Source: Asterias rubens (lineage: Eukaryota). Taken from it: a stretch of 64,000 nucleotides of DNA. The translations under genes were made by a program, and so were the position numbers. This document shows positions 50,402 to 64,000 of this stretch, in pieces. How positions within the stretch are numbered: the first letter of the stretch is position 1; each line of letters opens with the position of its first letter. Location: contig NC_047080.1 in assembly GCF_902459465.1 (NCBI RefSeq), forward strand, positions 558,001 to 622,000. The letters run 5' to 3'. The notes beneath the pieces are model-generated. The model had not been told where the DNA came from. It did no database searches and saw only the letters and a list, made by a program, of their open reading frames with translations.

Positions 50402-51303
50402 TCACAGGTTGTCAAGCAGGCAGACGTACGTTACGTTGAGATACTTTACAACTCGTGGACAGGGGTCCGATCCATACCAGTCGATGTTCGGGGTGAAGTT
50501 GCATTGTCGTTTCCCCTGGCACTCGCTCTGCACTTTCTCAAGCGATGCGGTTTCATCCCCGTCACAGGGGCCTGCATAGCCGGCGACGAAACAACGATGG
50601 GTACTGTCAGCAACGAAACCGTAGAGGGCCCACTTTACACTGATGATCTCATCGTCTCCACAGTTGATAGCGAAGTTAATGAACTCACATACAAGCTTTT
50701 GAACTGCGTTTAAATAAGAAAACACAAAGTGTTTAGGTGAAAAAAGTGTAACTTTAAACCGTCAAACCCAAACGGTCACCAAGGGTCGTGAACCATCTCG
50801 ATGATCTCATCTTGCTACTTCTCTAATATTAAATACCCCACGCTATCATTTTCAAAATGATGTCCCCCTGCTTGCCACTCCAAGCCAGAGAGCAGCACGT
50901 AAAAACGGCGAGCCTTGTAGGCGTGTCATTCTAGCAAGAATATGGTCATTGTATGCACTGTTGCATCAAAAGAAATGCTTGCCGAAAAGTAGCGACCATT
51001 GCTCATTTTCACATTTCAGCCCGACTTCCCATGTTGCGCCTTCGGCACTCCATAATCTAACCCAATAATCATTTTCTGTAAAGGGTTTTACTTATTAGTG
51101 ACTGCCGTTGGTTTATTCTTCTTGTCTTCACGGCAAGTTGCTCTAAAGGCCGACATTGTTTGCTGTCTGAGTAGATGACCATCTTGGCCAGCATCCACCG
51201 ACATCATCACGCTGCAGGATTCACTGTTTACAACTTGTAAGAAACCGACTGCCAAAGTAAGTAGAATGAGTGCGCCTAGGGTGTACATTGCTTCACCTGC
51301 CAT
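50402..51303 (-). CDS. Secreted single-domain SUEL/rhamnose-binding-type lectin (about 126 aa in the preferred model)
   Basis: The lectin exon 50703-50402 is intact (VCE, ALYGF, CQGKRQC, YGSDPC, KYLNVTYVC). The signal-peptide exon starts at 51303 or 51288 (MYTLGALILLTLAVGFLQVV). The phase-compatible donor at 51225 (A|GTGAAT) is inferred and uncertain. Confidence 0.75.
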
Positions 51304-54300
51304 GTTCACAATGTTTTCTCGTTGAGCACATCGTTTATAAACGAAAGCGATGCAGCGATGCATTAAATTAGCCTTTTATTATAAACAGCACCGCACTAAG
51401 TAATAGAGGTTGATTTTCACGACAACAAGGACAAGTAATCTGAATTATTTATATGGAGTACTCTAATGCTAGAATATTAAAATAAATAAATCCACAAATA
51501 ATCTGTGGTCTGACGCTTCGAAAGCTGCCGTTGCCCGCATTAGGACTTTTAACATTTAGGTTAAGGCGAATGGACGAGAAAGTATAGATTCGTGGATAGA
51601 ATGTACGAGCCAAAGGCATTGTAGACAATGTATTTACGAATCTACGTTTTAGAGTCTATTCTCTGACTGAAAATATTTCACCCAATCTTTGTACTTTTGT
51701 CAAACGACGTTTGGGTACACTTATACCTATTTAAAAAAAATACAAACATAGTGTTCTTGCAACATTATTGAGTACAATGTTATAGTCCTATGCTATTAAC
51801 TAACGTATATTGTTTAACTGAAAAAATAATTTGGGAACATTGAAATATGTTTTCACCTCATGTTATTTTTGGAAAGACAGTCATTTCCAAGTTGGACAAT
51901 TACTTTAGTTTGTACACTCAACTATCTCCAGTCGACTATAGATTCATTACAAATTAGTACAGTAAGGGATTCTGTGGTCCCCCCCCCCTTCCCGGCTAAT
52001 AAAAAATGTTAGCTTATTGTCCGTGCCACCCCAATGCCAAGACCCCGCCCACCACGAATATAAAGCTATGCTTCTCATGCTCAAAGTTTCACGGACAACA
52101 TTCCGCGACCGTAGAACACTAAACTCCTTCCGCGCACCCGGTGAAAGTAGTGCGCCTTCGCTGTGTAAGAATTCGAAAACAATTGACAATTTCAATGAAG
52201 TTTTCCCAAGTTATTTTATTTGGATTACTTTCGATGAAAACATTTTCATGTTTTTAAAAATGTACGTTTGTTTACATTTTTCAACAAGTAAACGCCTCGC
52301 GTACAAATATAATCATGAGTAAACGGTCCACCAAGGCAATTTGGCTGTTTTGTTGTTGTAATTGGCACACGTTAGAACGGATGCAATAACATTGCGACTC
52401 CTTCGTTTTTTTGCAGCCCTAATTTAAGACAGTTTTTCACAATTTTGCTAAATTCGGTCTAACCTTGGATTCAAGTGGACGCCTAAAATGATATGGACCA
52501 AATGTAAACTGTTTGAAGCTGGAACTGGACGAGTAAAAATGCTGAATTTCGGAAGTGAAAATGCTGCACCATTTCACACTTTTGCAAGTGTCCCGTTCGT
52601 CAACCGCCGCCGTGCAAAAGCACGGTGTGTTGCTTTTCTTAGGGAAGTTGAGACAGTCAGCTGCGAGCGAAGTCACTGGCTGTTGCTCACGGCGAACACT
52701 GTGCTGAAATTTGCAACACATTTTGTGCAACAAGAGTGACAGTTTTACTCCTAGCAGAATGAGGAATATTTTCGTCCCGTGGTAGAAATCTTGTGTCGAG
52801 TTTCAGACATGGTCAAGCCTGACCAGAAGGGGGTGAGTCAACACAAAAATTGTTCGTTTTAGAACAGTCATGCCAATTACTCAGTAAGGCAGTGCAACTC
52901 ATGAATGTTAGGGGACAAACAAATATTTAGCTCTTTTTTGGAAACACTAGTTTATTCTGCCCAAACCCGTTTCAAAATGTTGTATATTATGTCACGTATA
53001 TACAGAATGTATGTGTACACAGAAAATTCCTCTCGAACTGTAGTGTTCATTCATGCTCATATGTAGGTAAAATGAACATGGCTCGAATTGGAATGTGGTA
53101 TCCCTATTCCGCTATTGTTGAACTCGCATAGCACACACAGTGTTTGCTCATGAACTGAACAATGAGGCTGAAATGTCGTGATTGTATGACAATAGCTTCC
53201 AGCAAACGCAACCACTTTGCTCATAACTGATGTCATTCATTGCATCTCTCCAAAAGAAATAGTAATACAATTTTCAAAGGATATGAGAAAAAGAGGAAAA
53301 CTGCATTGATCTTTAATGCACCAGACAGAAATAGTGTCTATTGAATTGCACGAATTTAAATGACTTTAGAACATTTTGTTTTGTACGCTATGCGATGCCC
53401 AAGGCAAAACTCAACACCAACATATACTGCCAAACAATCCACCTCCTTTTCCTCTGTTTATGTCCTTATACTCAAATTCATTCTGCCTTTCGTGGATTCA
53501 TAGAAACCACATCATATTTCTTGGTTCTGAGATCAATAATTTACTGTATCTTTTATGTTCATATCTCATTCACACTGAACCATTCTGAATAAGGTATTCA
53601 CCTGTTTGCAATCAGGACATGGGGTATGTGAAGTGTTCTCGTACATAATGTTGAGAACATAACAGTGGAAGTGTATTGAATTTGTCAAGAGGTTAAGTAT
53701 TTTTTGTAAACTTTGGTGGTCTGCCATTGATTTCGTGAAGTCATGAATACACAGTAGTCATTTTCTCTGTCTGCTCTTTTTCTAAATCAACATTATTCTT
53801 CTTGTGTTGATTATTGAAATTTATTCATGTGTTTTTGCAACAACATATTCTCCTTTTTGAAGAAACTTTGGTGGTCTGCCATTGATGTCCTGAGATCATG
53901 AAGACCCAGTTGTCATTTTCTCTGTCTGCTCTTTGTCTTAATCAACATATATTCTTCTTATGTTGATTCTTACATTGAAGTCTATTCATGTATGTATTTG
54001 CCAACATAGTCTTTTGGTTGAAGAGAATGGTACCATCAACTTCAATGACCCTATATCTTTTACATGCAAAAGTATAAGTATGAATCCGGTTTAATCAAAA
54101 GGCAATTTTCTGCCCGAATTGTTTATCTCCTGTGTAATCTGTGGGGTTATATTTTTAGGAAAGTATGTATGGTACAATTTAAGGGAGTTAATTCTATTTT
54201 CTCATAAAGTCAAGGCTGCATATAAAACACTTTAAAATAACAAGCATTTGAAACTCAAAGAATACACTTTTATTAAATGTTGCATGCGTTCATGCGTAAT

Positions 54301-55624
54301 TTTTGGCTATAGTCGTACATGCTTTGTATCTTAATTTGTACTAAAAAGCTTTAGTAACGGTCGCAATACACTTTTGAATGCTTTGTAAATGCCATATTAA
54401 CTAGGGAGACAGACAGAAATGAACTATACCCTTGTGCTTTATTCCAAATTTGACCCCCAAATCACATAAAACTACACTACATTATTATTATTCCCCCTAC
54501 GATTATATTTGTTTCATTTTCACTTTTTGATCAAAATTTGATGATAATGCGGGACCCAAATTGATGGAAAACGCTGGATTTATCCCTTAAGATTGTTTAT
54601 ATTTATTTACACAAGTTTGATAAAAATGCTTGACTTATAGGCCTACCCCTTGCCTTTTCCCCAAAACTCTAGACCAAAACTTCATGAAAGGTACTGAACT
54701 TACCTACCCTCTTGTGATTTTCTATAAATCATTTTGTACAAAAATATGAAGAAATGCTCGACTTGCTGATTGTTTTTTTTAATTTTTGACCTAAATTTGA
54801 TAACATTGCTAAATTTACCCCTTTGTTCTCTCACTTTTGACAAACATTTCATGAAAAGTGCTGCACTAACCCCTTCTGATTTGTTTCAATTTTTGACAAA
54901 TATTTGATAACAATGCTACCCCTTATAATTTTGTTTACAATTTACATCTGCATAGTGTAAAAACGAAATCATGTTCTTCATCCACGTCAAAGGCAGTGAA
55001 AACCTTTGGTAATTGTCAAAGGCAGGCGTATCACTACATAGGCTTATGCATACAATAAAAATCCTGTGAAAATTTGAACTCAATTGGTCATTGAAGTTGC
55101 GAGAGAATCATGGGGGGAAAATATCCTTTTTCGCACAAGTTGTGTGATTTAGATGCCTTGAATACGAGACCTAAGCCGAGGTCTAGAATTCAACTCAAAT
55201 ATTTGAGTGAGAAATTACTTCTTTCCAAAAAAACTACGTTTACTTCAGAGGGAGCCGTTTCTCACATTGTTTTATACTAACAACAGCTCTGTGTTGCTCA
55301 GTACCAAGTAAGTTTTTATGCTAACCATTATTTAGAGTAATTACCAATAGTGTCCAGTGCCTTTAATCATCTAGCAAATAAGACTACATCAGAAACGTGA
55401 AAACATAGCAATCAGCATAATGTAAAAAAAAAAAAATGATAAAATTCCTTATCGACGCTTGACTGTTTATCATAGCAAAAGAGAACTGGAAATGGCCGCT
55501 CCTTTATCAAGTGTAAATGTCAAACTACTTTTAATATATGATCATTAAAAAGTGTATATAAACTTTATATTATAAAGCATCCTGGTCTGGCTCCTATTTG
55601 TAGAAGACTTCACAAAGTATTGGA

Positions 55625-58600
55625 TTAAGTCGGGCATCCAGTCCCAGAAATCAACTGTTTTTTCAGCAGATCTAGTTTACGCTTGAGATGCTTCCACCTA
55701 TTTTTGTTGAGATCTCTACCGCCGCCCTCTTTTGGCCACTCATAGAATGACATATTTTCGTCAATGAGGTACTTATAGCTGTGGATCAAAGAAAATAGAA
55801 TGAACCAGAATTCATTTACAGAAATTGTCTTGGAAAACAGTATACCCTACTGTGCATTACAAGAAGTACAAAAATGCCGAGAAAATAAGAAATATTATAT
55901 AACACCCAAGCAGATCCTTGCCATTTGATTGGAGGATTGTCCGTCACGTGATAGCAAATAAAAGTACCATTGCACGCTGAGTCACTCGCCGTGCTTTTTC
56001 GTTCCATCCGAAAAGTACCATTGCACGCTGGCACGCTGCCAGCGTGCAATGGTACTTTTCGGATGGAACGAAAAAGCTGAGTAAAAACATCACTGCGTGC
56101 GCGTGTCTTTGGTAACGCAGCAGGTGTTACTGCAAGGAAGGCATAGTAAAATTACTAGCATTCGGCTTCTACAGTTGAAATTGTTTGTTTTGAAAGTTGT
56201 TTCTTTCAATCAAAATGACAAAGTTCTACTTGGATGTTATATAAAACAAATAATGAATGTTTTTCATTCGTGCAATGGTGCGAATATGTTCATTCGTTGA
56301 AAGCTGGAATGTTCCATTCAACTCGACTCCGCCTCGTTGAATAGAACATTCCATCTTTCAACTCATGAACATATTCGCACCATTGCACTCATAAACATTC
56401 ATTATGTGTATACTAATACACAAACAGAGCAAGAATTAATTAAATGGGTGATGTTTTTAACTTCGATTTCAATACATTAAGTGGAGAAGACTGTCTAATA
56501 CAAGGAGGGAGATTATTTCAAAGATTTGGAGCAGCGTACACAAATGCCGCTCTCTATAGTAGCTGTTGCTATTCCCAATTTTAATTTATTTAATCTTCAA
56601 TGTTTGCTTTAATTTTCTTTCCTAAGATGTTTCTATTTTAACCGTTAGCTTTGTACATATACATAGTATTTTATATAGGCTATATGAATATTTTCAATTT
56701 TGTATTATCCTTTCCTGTAATTGGCGGCTCGTCCGCTGTTGGTTTGGTCAATAAGTATATAAACTGGAAGCGGATAAACTTGTGTTGTTTTGAACATGAA
56801 AGACGACAGTATAGTTAATGTACAAAAAGAGAATCACCTTGGTTGTCCCATGTCGTCTTTGAATGGTATTCCACCCGTACCGATCACCAGGTAGCGTCTA
56901 GTCTTGAGCTCTGGCTCGTCACAACTCATACTCTTCAAGAACGTTCGATTCTGATTCATAGCCACAAGATCTAGACCTGTGGGATGAGGAATTGGACAAG
57001 AACATGACAGCATCGACAGTGTTTATGCACACTTAAACAGTTTTATAAACAATTCAGCTCCTTTTGCCGAACATTCATGTTTGAAGAAAACCGCGTTTGA
57101 AGTTAAACTATTGTTTCGGACACTGTTTGCCAGGCCAGAAAATGCAGGGCCTAGTTTCATGGCTCTGCTTACCGTAATCATAGAATCGGCGCTTACGGAA
57201 GCAGGGAATTCCACCCTTACGTCAAACATATTTCACGGGTTAGCATGGACATGTGAGGTCAGTCATTAGAGGAAGGGGTGGGGTGGGGGGGGGCAACCAT
57301 GGCCGGCAATCTTACCTGGTTTGACTGGAGTCAATATAGTCATGCTGATGGACTGGAAAGATCCTCTTCTTTTAGTTGACACCACTTCTGCTTCAAAGGC
57401 TGTTGTATTATAAGCATTAATGATTTGTTATGTCTCTCATCACTTTCTAAAGAGTAAGACATAGTCCAATAACCATTATTTCCTTTCTTTTCTTCTTGTT
57501 TTTTTATCGTGGGATGGTCTGTTGAAATTAGCACTAAGCTATCCCTCTGGGATATTATGCTTGTTTTTTTTTTCATGGGTGACTCCTTAAAAAAACCAAC
57601 TTAACACTGATGCGCGATGGTCTAGTGGTATGTAGGATTCGTTTAGATTATTAAAAACAAAAACTGTCCTAAAAACATTGAAATCCATTTCAAAATGTCC
57701 TTTACGATTAAACGAATCAGAGCCACAAGTCTTGCTGTTTATTTATTTTGATGTTTCATGTCATTTCAGAAAGTTAAAAGGGTTGCCTTGCTCAGTGCTC
57801 GTGATGTTTAAGTTTAGAACCGTTATAAGGGTTTCCTTGCTACTCAGTGATTTTGATGTTTCGTTTCATTCTTGCAAAAATAAGCAAGGAATAAGCCTTG
57901 CTGCCCAATCCTTTTGAAAGTTCACAATTGTGTGTCACAATTGTGTCACAATTATTTGCAAATACTGTTGTTTCTATTCAATATTTTGTTTGAAAATACT
58001 CACCAAAATGAGCTGCAGTGTCGCAAGCTTTTAACTTCAATTCCGCAACGTCAATGGTTTTATGGTCTGCAATGATACCCGGGGCACATTTGCCTGTAGT
58101 TTACAAAAAGGAACCGTCACACAAATCATTACGTAGGTCTATAAAAGTAGACTTTCTTTTACGAAAAACAAATTAATCACAGCGCGGCAATGAAATTCAA
58201 AATGGCTGAGATCCATAAAACACAATAAGAACACATTGGCCGGGGGGGGGGCATGGCACATAATTGAGCACCATGTCATAGGCATACCAAATTTTGTTTG
58301 ATTTATATACGCACACACACAGACGCCATGTTGTAGGGCAGGTTTTTGAATGTTGACGTCATACGGTTTAAAGGCCTATAGTACTGGCGCCACATACCTG
58401 CTGCACAAGAACATGTGTTCCCAACACACAGTGTACTCAACTGAGCCCCGCCTTCATCAGGGTGGATGAACTTACTGCATTCAACGGCTGTGAAAAAAAA
58501 AACAAGAGAGTAATGTTTATTTAATATTTATTGTTAGTTTTACGCATATTACACTGATGTGTCTTGGCCCTATCCCAGGGCTATATATTACCTAGTTATT

Positions 58601-61600
58601 ATTATTAATAATAATTATTTTACTTACTAGGGTTATAGTAATCAAACACCTTCACCAACACAGGCTGAAGTTTGCCAACCTTGAGTTTTCGTTCGGCTTG
58701 GAAAGTAATCTCCTCAACTCGATCTCTACTGATCTGAAGAAAGAACATTGATAACCGCACAATCAGGAATAGCTTCCGTAGACCTTCATCACGGTATGGC
58801 CATCTTGATTTTACTCCATTCCAACTCATTGTAAAACCAAACGAAGGCTGGACGAAACCATGTTCGCGCAATAAATGTTAGCATTCATTGCTGTTATTGG
58901 AAACATGGAACAAGATGGCGACAACGTGATAAAGGTCCTAATGCTCAACTCAACAAAGGTATCTTCAACTGGGCCTAGAGGTACTAAATTAAATGTTTTA
59001 GGGTCACTTGGTTTCTAAAGACAACACTTGTTCTAAAGGGAACAATATTTGCAAACAATTGAAACTTCATCAGCACATACTTCATCCAGGTAAAAGACGA
59101 CTGATAGATCAGTTTCTTCAATAAGATGGATGTTGTCTCCGCTGTTTTGTTTGACCTGAAACAACAAGAACAAAATGTGATTGTAAAATGTTGATTGCAG
59201 ATTACGCAACGATTGTGATGTTGCTTTCAATATATTTTCTTGATTGACTGGAAAAATACCTAATATCTTACCACTGGACCATCAAGCTAGCACGATGGCT
59301 ACAGGTAGTTTAAATAATACTAACTTTCTCACACATTTTCAGACTTGTTTTCATTCAAACATAATCAAATTAACAATAACAAATTGGAAATGGGGAGCAT
59401 ATTAACCAGAAAAGCCACAGCTTGTGGTAAGCTTGCCCATACAAACAAAAACACCATTATAGATGAAAGAAAACAATTCTTCATCCGTAATGCAAAATAA
59501 CATTACCTCGTCCAGATCTTCCGCCATAGCTTGGTAACCTGTGTATAAACCTACTTCAAGAATTGCCATTCCAGTCGTCTCGCCTGTTAAGTAACTGCAG
59601 AATTAGAAGAAAACAGAGAGTGATGAATCAATGACAACATTTATTTTTTAGAAAAGCACTTACAGATAACCCATAGGGAGTTACTATAAGAAAGACGCAG
59701 CGATTGTGAAGAGTCTTTCTTAAGGACACATATATAGTCATGACCAGGACTCGAACCACTCTGGCTGATTAGAAACGTCAAAGCAATACTCAGGTGTGCG
59801 TATTTGCTTTGCCACGGCCGGGCACGCCTAATAGTAAGGTTTCAACCTAAAAGTGGAAAATGTTGGCAGATTTTTACAGTCGGGTTACTGTACACCACAA
59901 ATTCGCTGCATATACCTCCAACACATCACCCCCATCCTTCAATAACTCCATTGGCTTCCGGTTTCGGAAAAATAATGCTCTTTGTTTGGAAGTGCCTTCA
60001 CTCCTCAGCACCTGTCTACCTCAACAATCTTCTCTCCATTTATCATCGCGACAGCCGACTCCGTAAATTGGACGCTGCAACAAAAGTTACTCCCGCCATC
60101 TGTAAGAAACTTGTTGGTCAGGGTGCCTTTGGTATAGCGGCCCCAAACTATTATGGAACAAACTCCCCCCAGAAATCCGAGAGACTGACTCAATCATGAC
60201 ATTCAAAAAACTGTTCAGAGCCCATTAATTTGTTTATTGTTATTCTCTTTCTGTTCAGCGTCTTGATCTAGTGTCTAGGATAATTGTGCGCTTTATAAAA
60301 ACTTTGTATTATTATTATTATTACCTCAGTTCAATAGTATACTCGATACGTTGATTGTTCTCATCCACTTTAATGGTTTCTTGGTTGATGTTTAGCACAA
60401 AGTCACAACTTTCCACATTCGGCTCCGGGATGTTGTAGCTAGACTCAAACTAAGGAAATAAAACAAAACTGGCTGGGCTAGTTGTGGACAGTTTCTTGCA
60501 AGATCTGACTGAGCATAATACATTGGAGACAAACAAGCGGCATCCACACATCTTTTTAATTTTTTCAATGATTTTTTAATCGGTATACGATTGGTTATCA
60601 CTTTTAAAATAAATGACAATTAGAAAACTATTTGAAAGGTAACAGCTCCGATAGTATAAAACGTACGTAAACATACATCAGTTTGTATGCCCCAAATTTG
60701 AATCTGAGGAGCGACGTAACTGCAGTTAATGCTAATACTTTATTCCCACAAACTTGGAATGAAACTTTCACATAATACTTGAATTGTACAAATCTACCTC
60801 AATATAAGGATTGAAACGTGCAAACGGTACCACAAAAGTAAAGGCTTGTTTACCTTGCCCTTTATTTATGTAGGCCTAAATCTTTGTTTGTGAGGAATGT
60901 TTGTATCAACGTCTCTCGATCTTCAGAGCCACAACTCCTCAAGAAAATAATTTATATTTATAGTTGGCTTTACCACAAACTTACTATAAAGATGTACTTC
61001 CTAAACAAGCAAATTATTAAGCTTGGAAGGGGGGGGGGTGGGTAAACTGTCTACACTTACTTTAAGTTGACCCATGCCTGTGCCTGCAGAATCAAAAGAC
61101 ACTTCGAACTCGGATTGATCTTCTGGAACCTAAACATAGAAAGTAAAACTTCAGATGTTAAGATACTTTAAAAGCTTATTAGGTTTACCCACTTTTGGGT
61201 TGGATGATGTCTTTAAGCTCAGTATTCATACAGTAACCCCCCTAATTAATAACATTTTAGTTATCGTGTATCCATTAGGGCAAACAAGAAAATGTACAAG
61301 CTGCCACCAATGTTTGTCATTATATTTGGCCCAATAGGAGGTATATTTTTAGCGTCTTGTGATTTCTTCATATCATGCCTAATGGCCGGTGATCTGGGAA
61401 TCACTGCGAGTGCCTCCTCAATTTTCTAATCAAATCTAGGAAATAGTTATCTGGGTCTTTGGTGTCTTTGTTTTTTTCTCATTTCTGGTCTTGTAAAATA
61501 AATTCTGGTCCCGTACAAAGTTTGAGCAACAAATCGCGAGGTTTTATGAATTTAATTTAGATTTTGAGGTCTCGAAATCAAACATGAAAGCAAACTTCGT

Positions 61601-63989
61601 GTGACAATAGGGTGTTTTTTTCTTTCATTATTTTCTCGCAACTTCGTCGACGACCAATTGAGCTCAATTTTTCACAGGTTTGTTATTTTATGCATATGTT
61701 GAGATACACCAAGTGAGAAGACTGGTTTTGACAATTACCAATAGTGTCCATTACGTTGGCTGGTAACCATTTTCCTGCACATTGGGTGCATAATTATACT
61801 CAGACTCGAAGCCTGACGCTGCAAATAACTCACCCTAATTTCAGCGAACTGCCTGAGGATTGCATTGTCAGGTTTGAGCAGGAACTCTTGATCGAACTCG
61901 GCCTCCTGACAACTGACTTGACAGCCGATATCGATGACGTTCGTGTCCGACTTGATCGAATACGCAGACAGTGCCTGTAAGGCTATAACTGTATCCTAAA
62001 GATTTGGATTTTAAAATATGATAAAAAGAAATAAATTTTAGAGCTAGAAACATGGCAGCGGATCCGATAAAAAGGTTTTAACAGACCTCTTGCATACGTC
62101 ACAAGCCCAAAACAGTCCCCATACTGAGGTAAATGAAGAGCCCTTATTGGCTGAGTCCCGCCTCAGCGCATTGCGACCCACTCACTTTGAATGCAACTCC
62201 CTGCTCCAAACCAAGTTGCCGATCCGAGGTGGCCCCCGCCTCTAGAATGATATGTGATGATTAAACCAAAAAGCCTGATATAAAAGGTGCAATACTGGGC
62301 TTGCAATAACACTTCTGTTCAAGTCCAAAGTATTAAGCCAGTGTTACATGAGTAGCTCATAGTTACCTGTGTAGAGACGAATCCACCCTGATAGTTCTCC
62401 TGGTTTGTCAGCCATTTAACGATGTCATGGCTGTACGACACGTCATCCAGTTGAAGGAAGGCCAGCAGTGCATAGCTTGTTGTCTCTACTTCAATTGCTT
62501 CGGGTTTGCTGGTGTACCAGTATGGTTTGGGACCAGCACCATATGACAAGACATCCAATGTCCAATAACGATGTTTTGATTCTACATAGTACAATGTAAA
62601 AATAATTATTCATTTACTATCAATCATCGATGTTGCTTTTCTCTCAGCGTAATATGGCCGATTAGTCTAGTGCACCTTATTCAAGTTCTGGATTGAAATA
62701 ATTCCTCGAATTTCAGCCATCTCACTTCGCTGAGATTTCACAGTGGTTTCACAACAAATATGATTATGAATCTTGATGACCATTAAAGGCCGAATATTCC
62801 TTAAAGCCATTATACACTTTCGGTAAACAGTATTGTCCAAGTCCCACACTTCCGTGTATCACAACTTATATAAACAACAAACCTGTGAAAATTTAGGCTC
62901 AATCGGTCATCGGAGTCGGGAGAAAATAACGGGAAAACCCACTCTTGTTTCCGCGCGTTTCGCCGTGTCATGACATGTGTTTAAAATAAATCCGTAATTC
63001 TCGCTAACGAGAATTTATATTATTTTACCGTTTTCTCAAAAAGTAAAGCATTTCATGGGCTAATATTTCAACAGAAGTCTTTCACCATTATCTTCTGTAA
63101 ACCCTGTAAATTATTTGTAAATCTGTGAATTTTTTTTTTTCTGTACCGAAAGGGTCCAATGGCTTTAAATTAAAATGTTAAAAATCAAAAGAGTGAGGGA
63201 AAAAACGTTTTTTTTTTCTACACCAAGTGTCAGGTTGTGACACAAAGATTAATAGCAATTGTGTGGAACAAAAAAATATAACACAACTGCAAGCTTACCT
63301 TCCTCATACGTAGCGATGTCTTTGAGCATTGTGAGAGCCTCGTCGGCTAGGTCGCTATTGGCCAGAGCAAGGGCGTATGCAGTAATGGCGATGGCGTAAG
63401 GTCTCGTCAATTGTTGTAGTTGACCCTCTAAGAAAGCCGTAGCAAGAGCAACAGAGTCGCTAGTATCCTAGTCATTGTAAACCGTAAAGAGACAAAGGTT
63501 TCAAAGTTGAATGTTTGATATCGTTAATAGAAACATTTTCCCTGGCTATATGACAGCTTAGAGTTGTATGGTTTCTGACCGGCAACCTTGAAAAAAGATA
63601 TTGACTAATAGTTGATAGAGTGCTGGTACATTAATCCAGAGGTCACTGGTTGAAGTCCTGCTCCATCCAATTTTCTTTATTCCAACTAACAGTGTTTTAA
63701 ATCTACCCAATCAGTTTCCCTTATGGTTTATTACATGACAATTGATATTTTGACAAGCAATAAGTTTGTTTTTGAGGTGCCAGTCACCAGTCATAGCCAG
63801 GTAGGTATCATACCCTAGCTCTCCATACAACCATGGGAAGCAGCATGCCAGGGGATCACATTAAGGGGATGCAACTTTTTAAACAATAGAGGAAAGATTA
63901 TACTAGATACTCACCACTGTGGCACATTCACACTCCAGGAGAGAAATCAGCACATACGATGTCATGGAAACACTTCCTTGCACACTGCC
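55625..63989 (-). CDS. C3: Complement C3-like thioester-family protein, 3' 14 exons (546 aa), 5' part beyond the right edge
   Basis: Exons 63989-63915, 63467-63299, 62581-62367, 61995-61834, 61129-61061, 60449-60325, 59594-59507, 59155-59081, 58733-58628, 58487-58398, 58093-58004, 57399-57316, 56976-56838, 55778-55625 are phase-consistent. TED motifs VETTSYALLA and GGFVSTQDTVIALQAL; MG8 motifs GMAILEV and VKVFDYYNP; anchor LC...CSCA; C345C domain ending GCPT. C345C favours C3/C4/C5 over A2M/CD109. The thioester and catalytic His lie outside the window. Confidence 0.85.
55993..56077. repeat. Perfect inverted repeat, 41-bp arms, 3-nt loop
   Basis: GCTTTTTCGTTCCATCCGAAAAGTACCATTGCACGCTGGCA-cgc-TGCCAGCGTGCAATGGTACTTTTCGGATGGAACGAAAAAGC. 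Confidence 0.95.
56251..56404. mobile_element. Palindromic MITE
   Basis: taatgaatgttt...gtgcaatggtgcgaatatgttcat mirrored by atgaacatattcgcaccattgcac...aaacattcatta. Confidence 0.7.
59925..60230 (+). mobile_element. L2/CR1-group LINE 3' fragment in a C3 intron
   Basis: Encodes KIMLFVWKCLHSSAPVYLNNLL...GQGAFGIAAP, then WNKLP after a frameshift. Confidence 0.7.
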
Positions 63990-64000
63990 CTGAAAGCATA

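Overview
AT-rich, intron-containing animal DNA; the gene set, small introns and repeat families suggest a marine invertebrate, probably an echinoderm (inference). I built splice-phase-consistent gene models by hand. The first 31 kb hold a compact four-gene cluster of two head-to-head pairs: an uncharacterised low-complexity gene (-, runs off the left edge) with SWI5 (+), and an uncharacterised 413-aa gene (-) with the outer-dynein-arm docking gene CCDC151/ODAD3 (+). The right end holds the 3' 14 exons of a complement C3-like gene (-) and two convergent SUEL/rhamnose-binding-type lectin genes, one frameshifted. The standout is an 8.4-kb insertion (34973-43406) in a 48-bp minisatellite. It has 5'-AGTAGT...ACTACT-3' ends and an exact 6-bp target duplication (TATGTT), the signature of Polinton/Maverick elements, but no polymerase, integrase or capsid ORF. 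Its long inverted arms carry small ORFs, including a WW+PC4 fusion. The arms enclose 3.5 kb of host-like DNA containing three in-phase spliced exons, i.e. an apparent gene-capturing non-autonomous 'Pack-Polinton'. The window also has many Kolobok, piggyBac and Harbinger-type MITEs, a truncated CR1 LINE, tRNA-derived repeats and Penelope-type hammerhead relics. No database searches were run; family names come from motif recognition.
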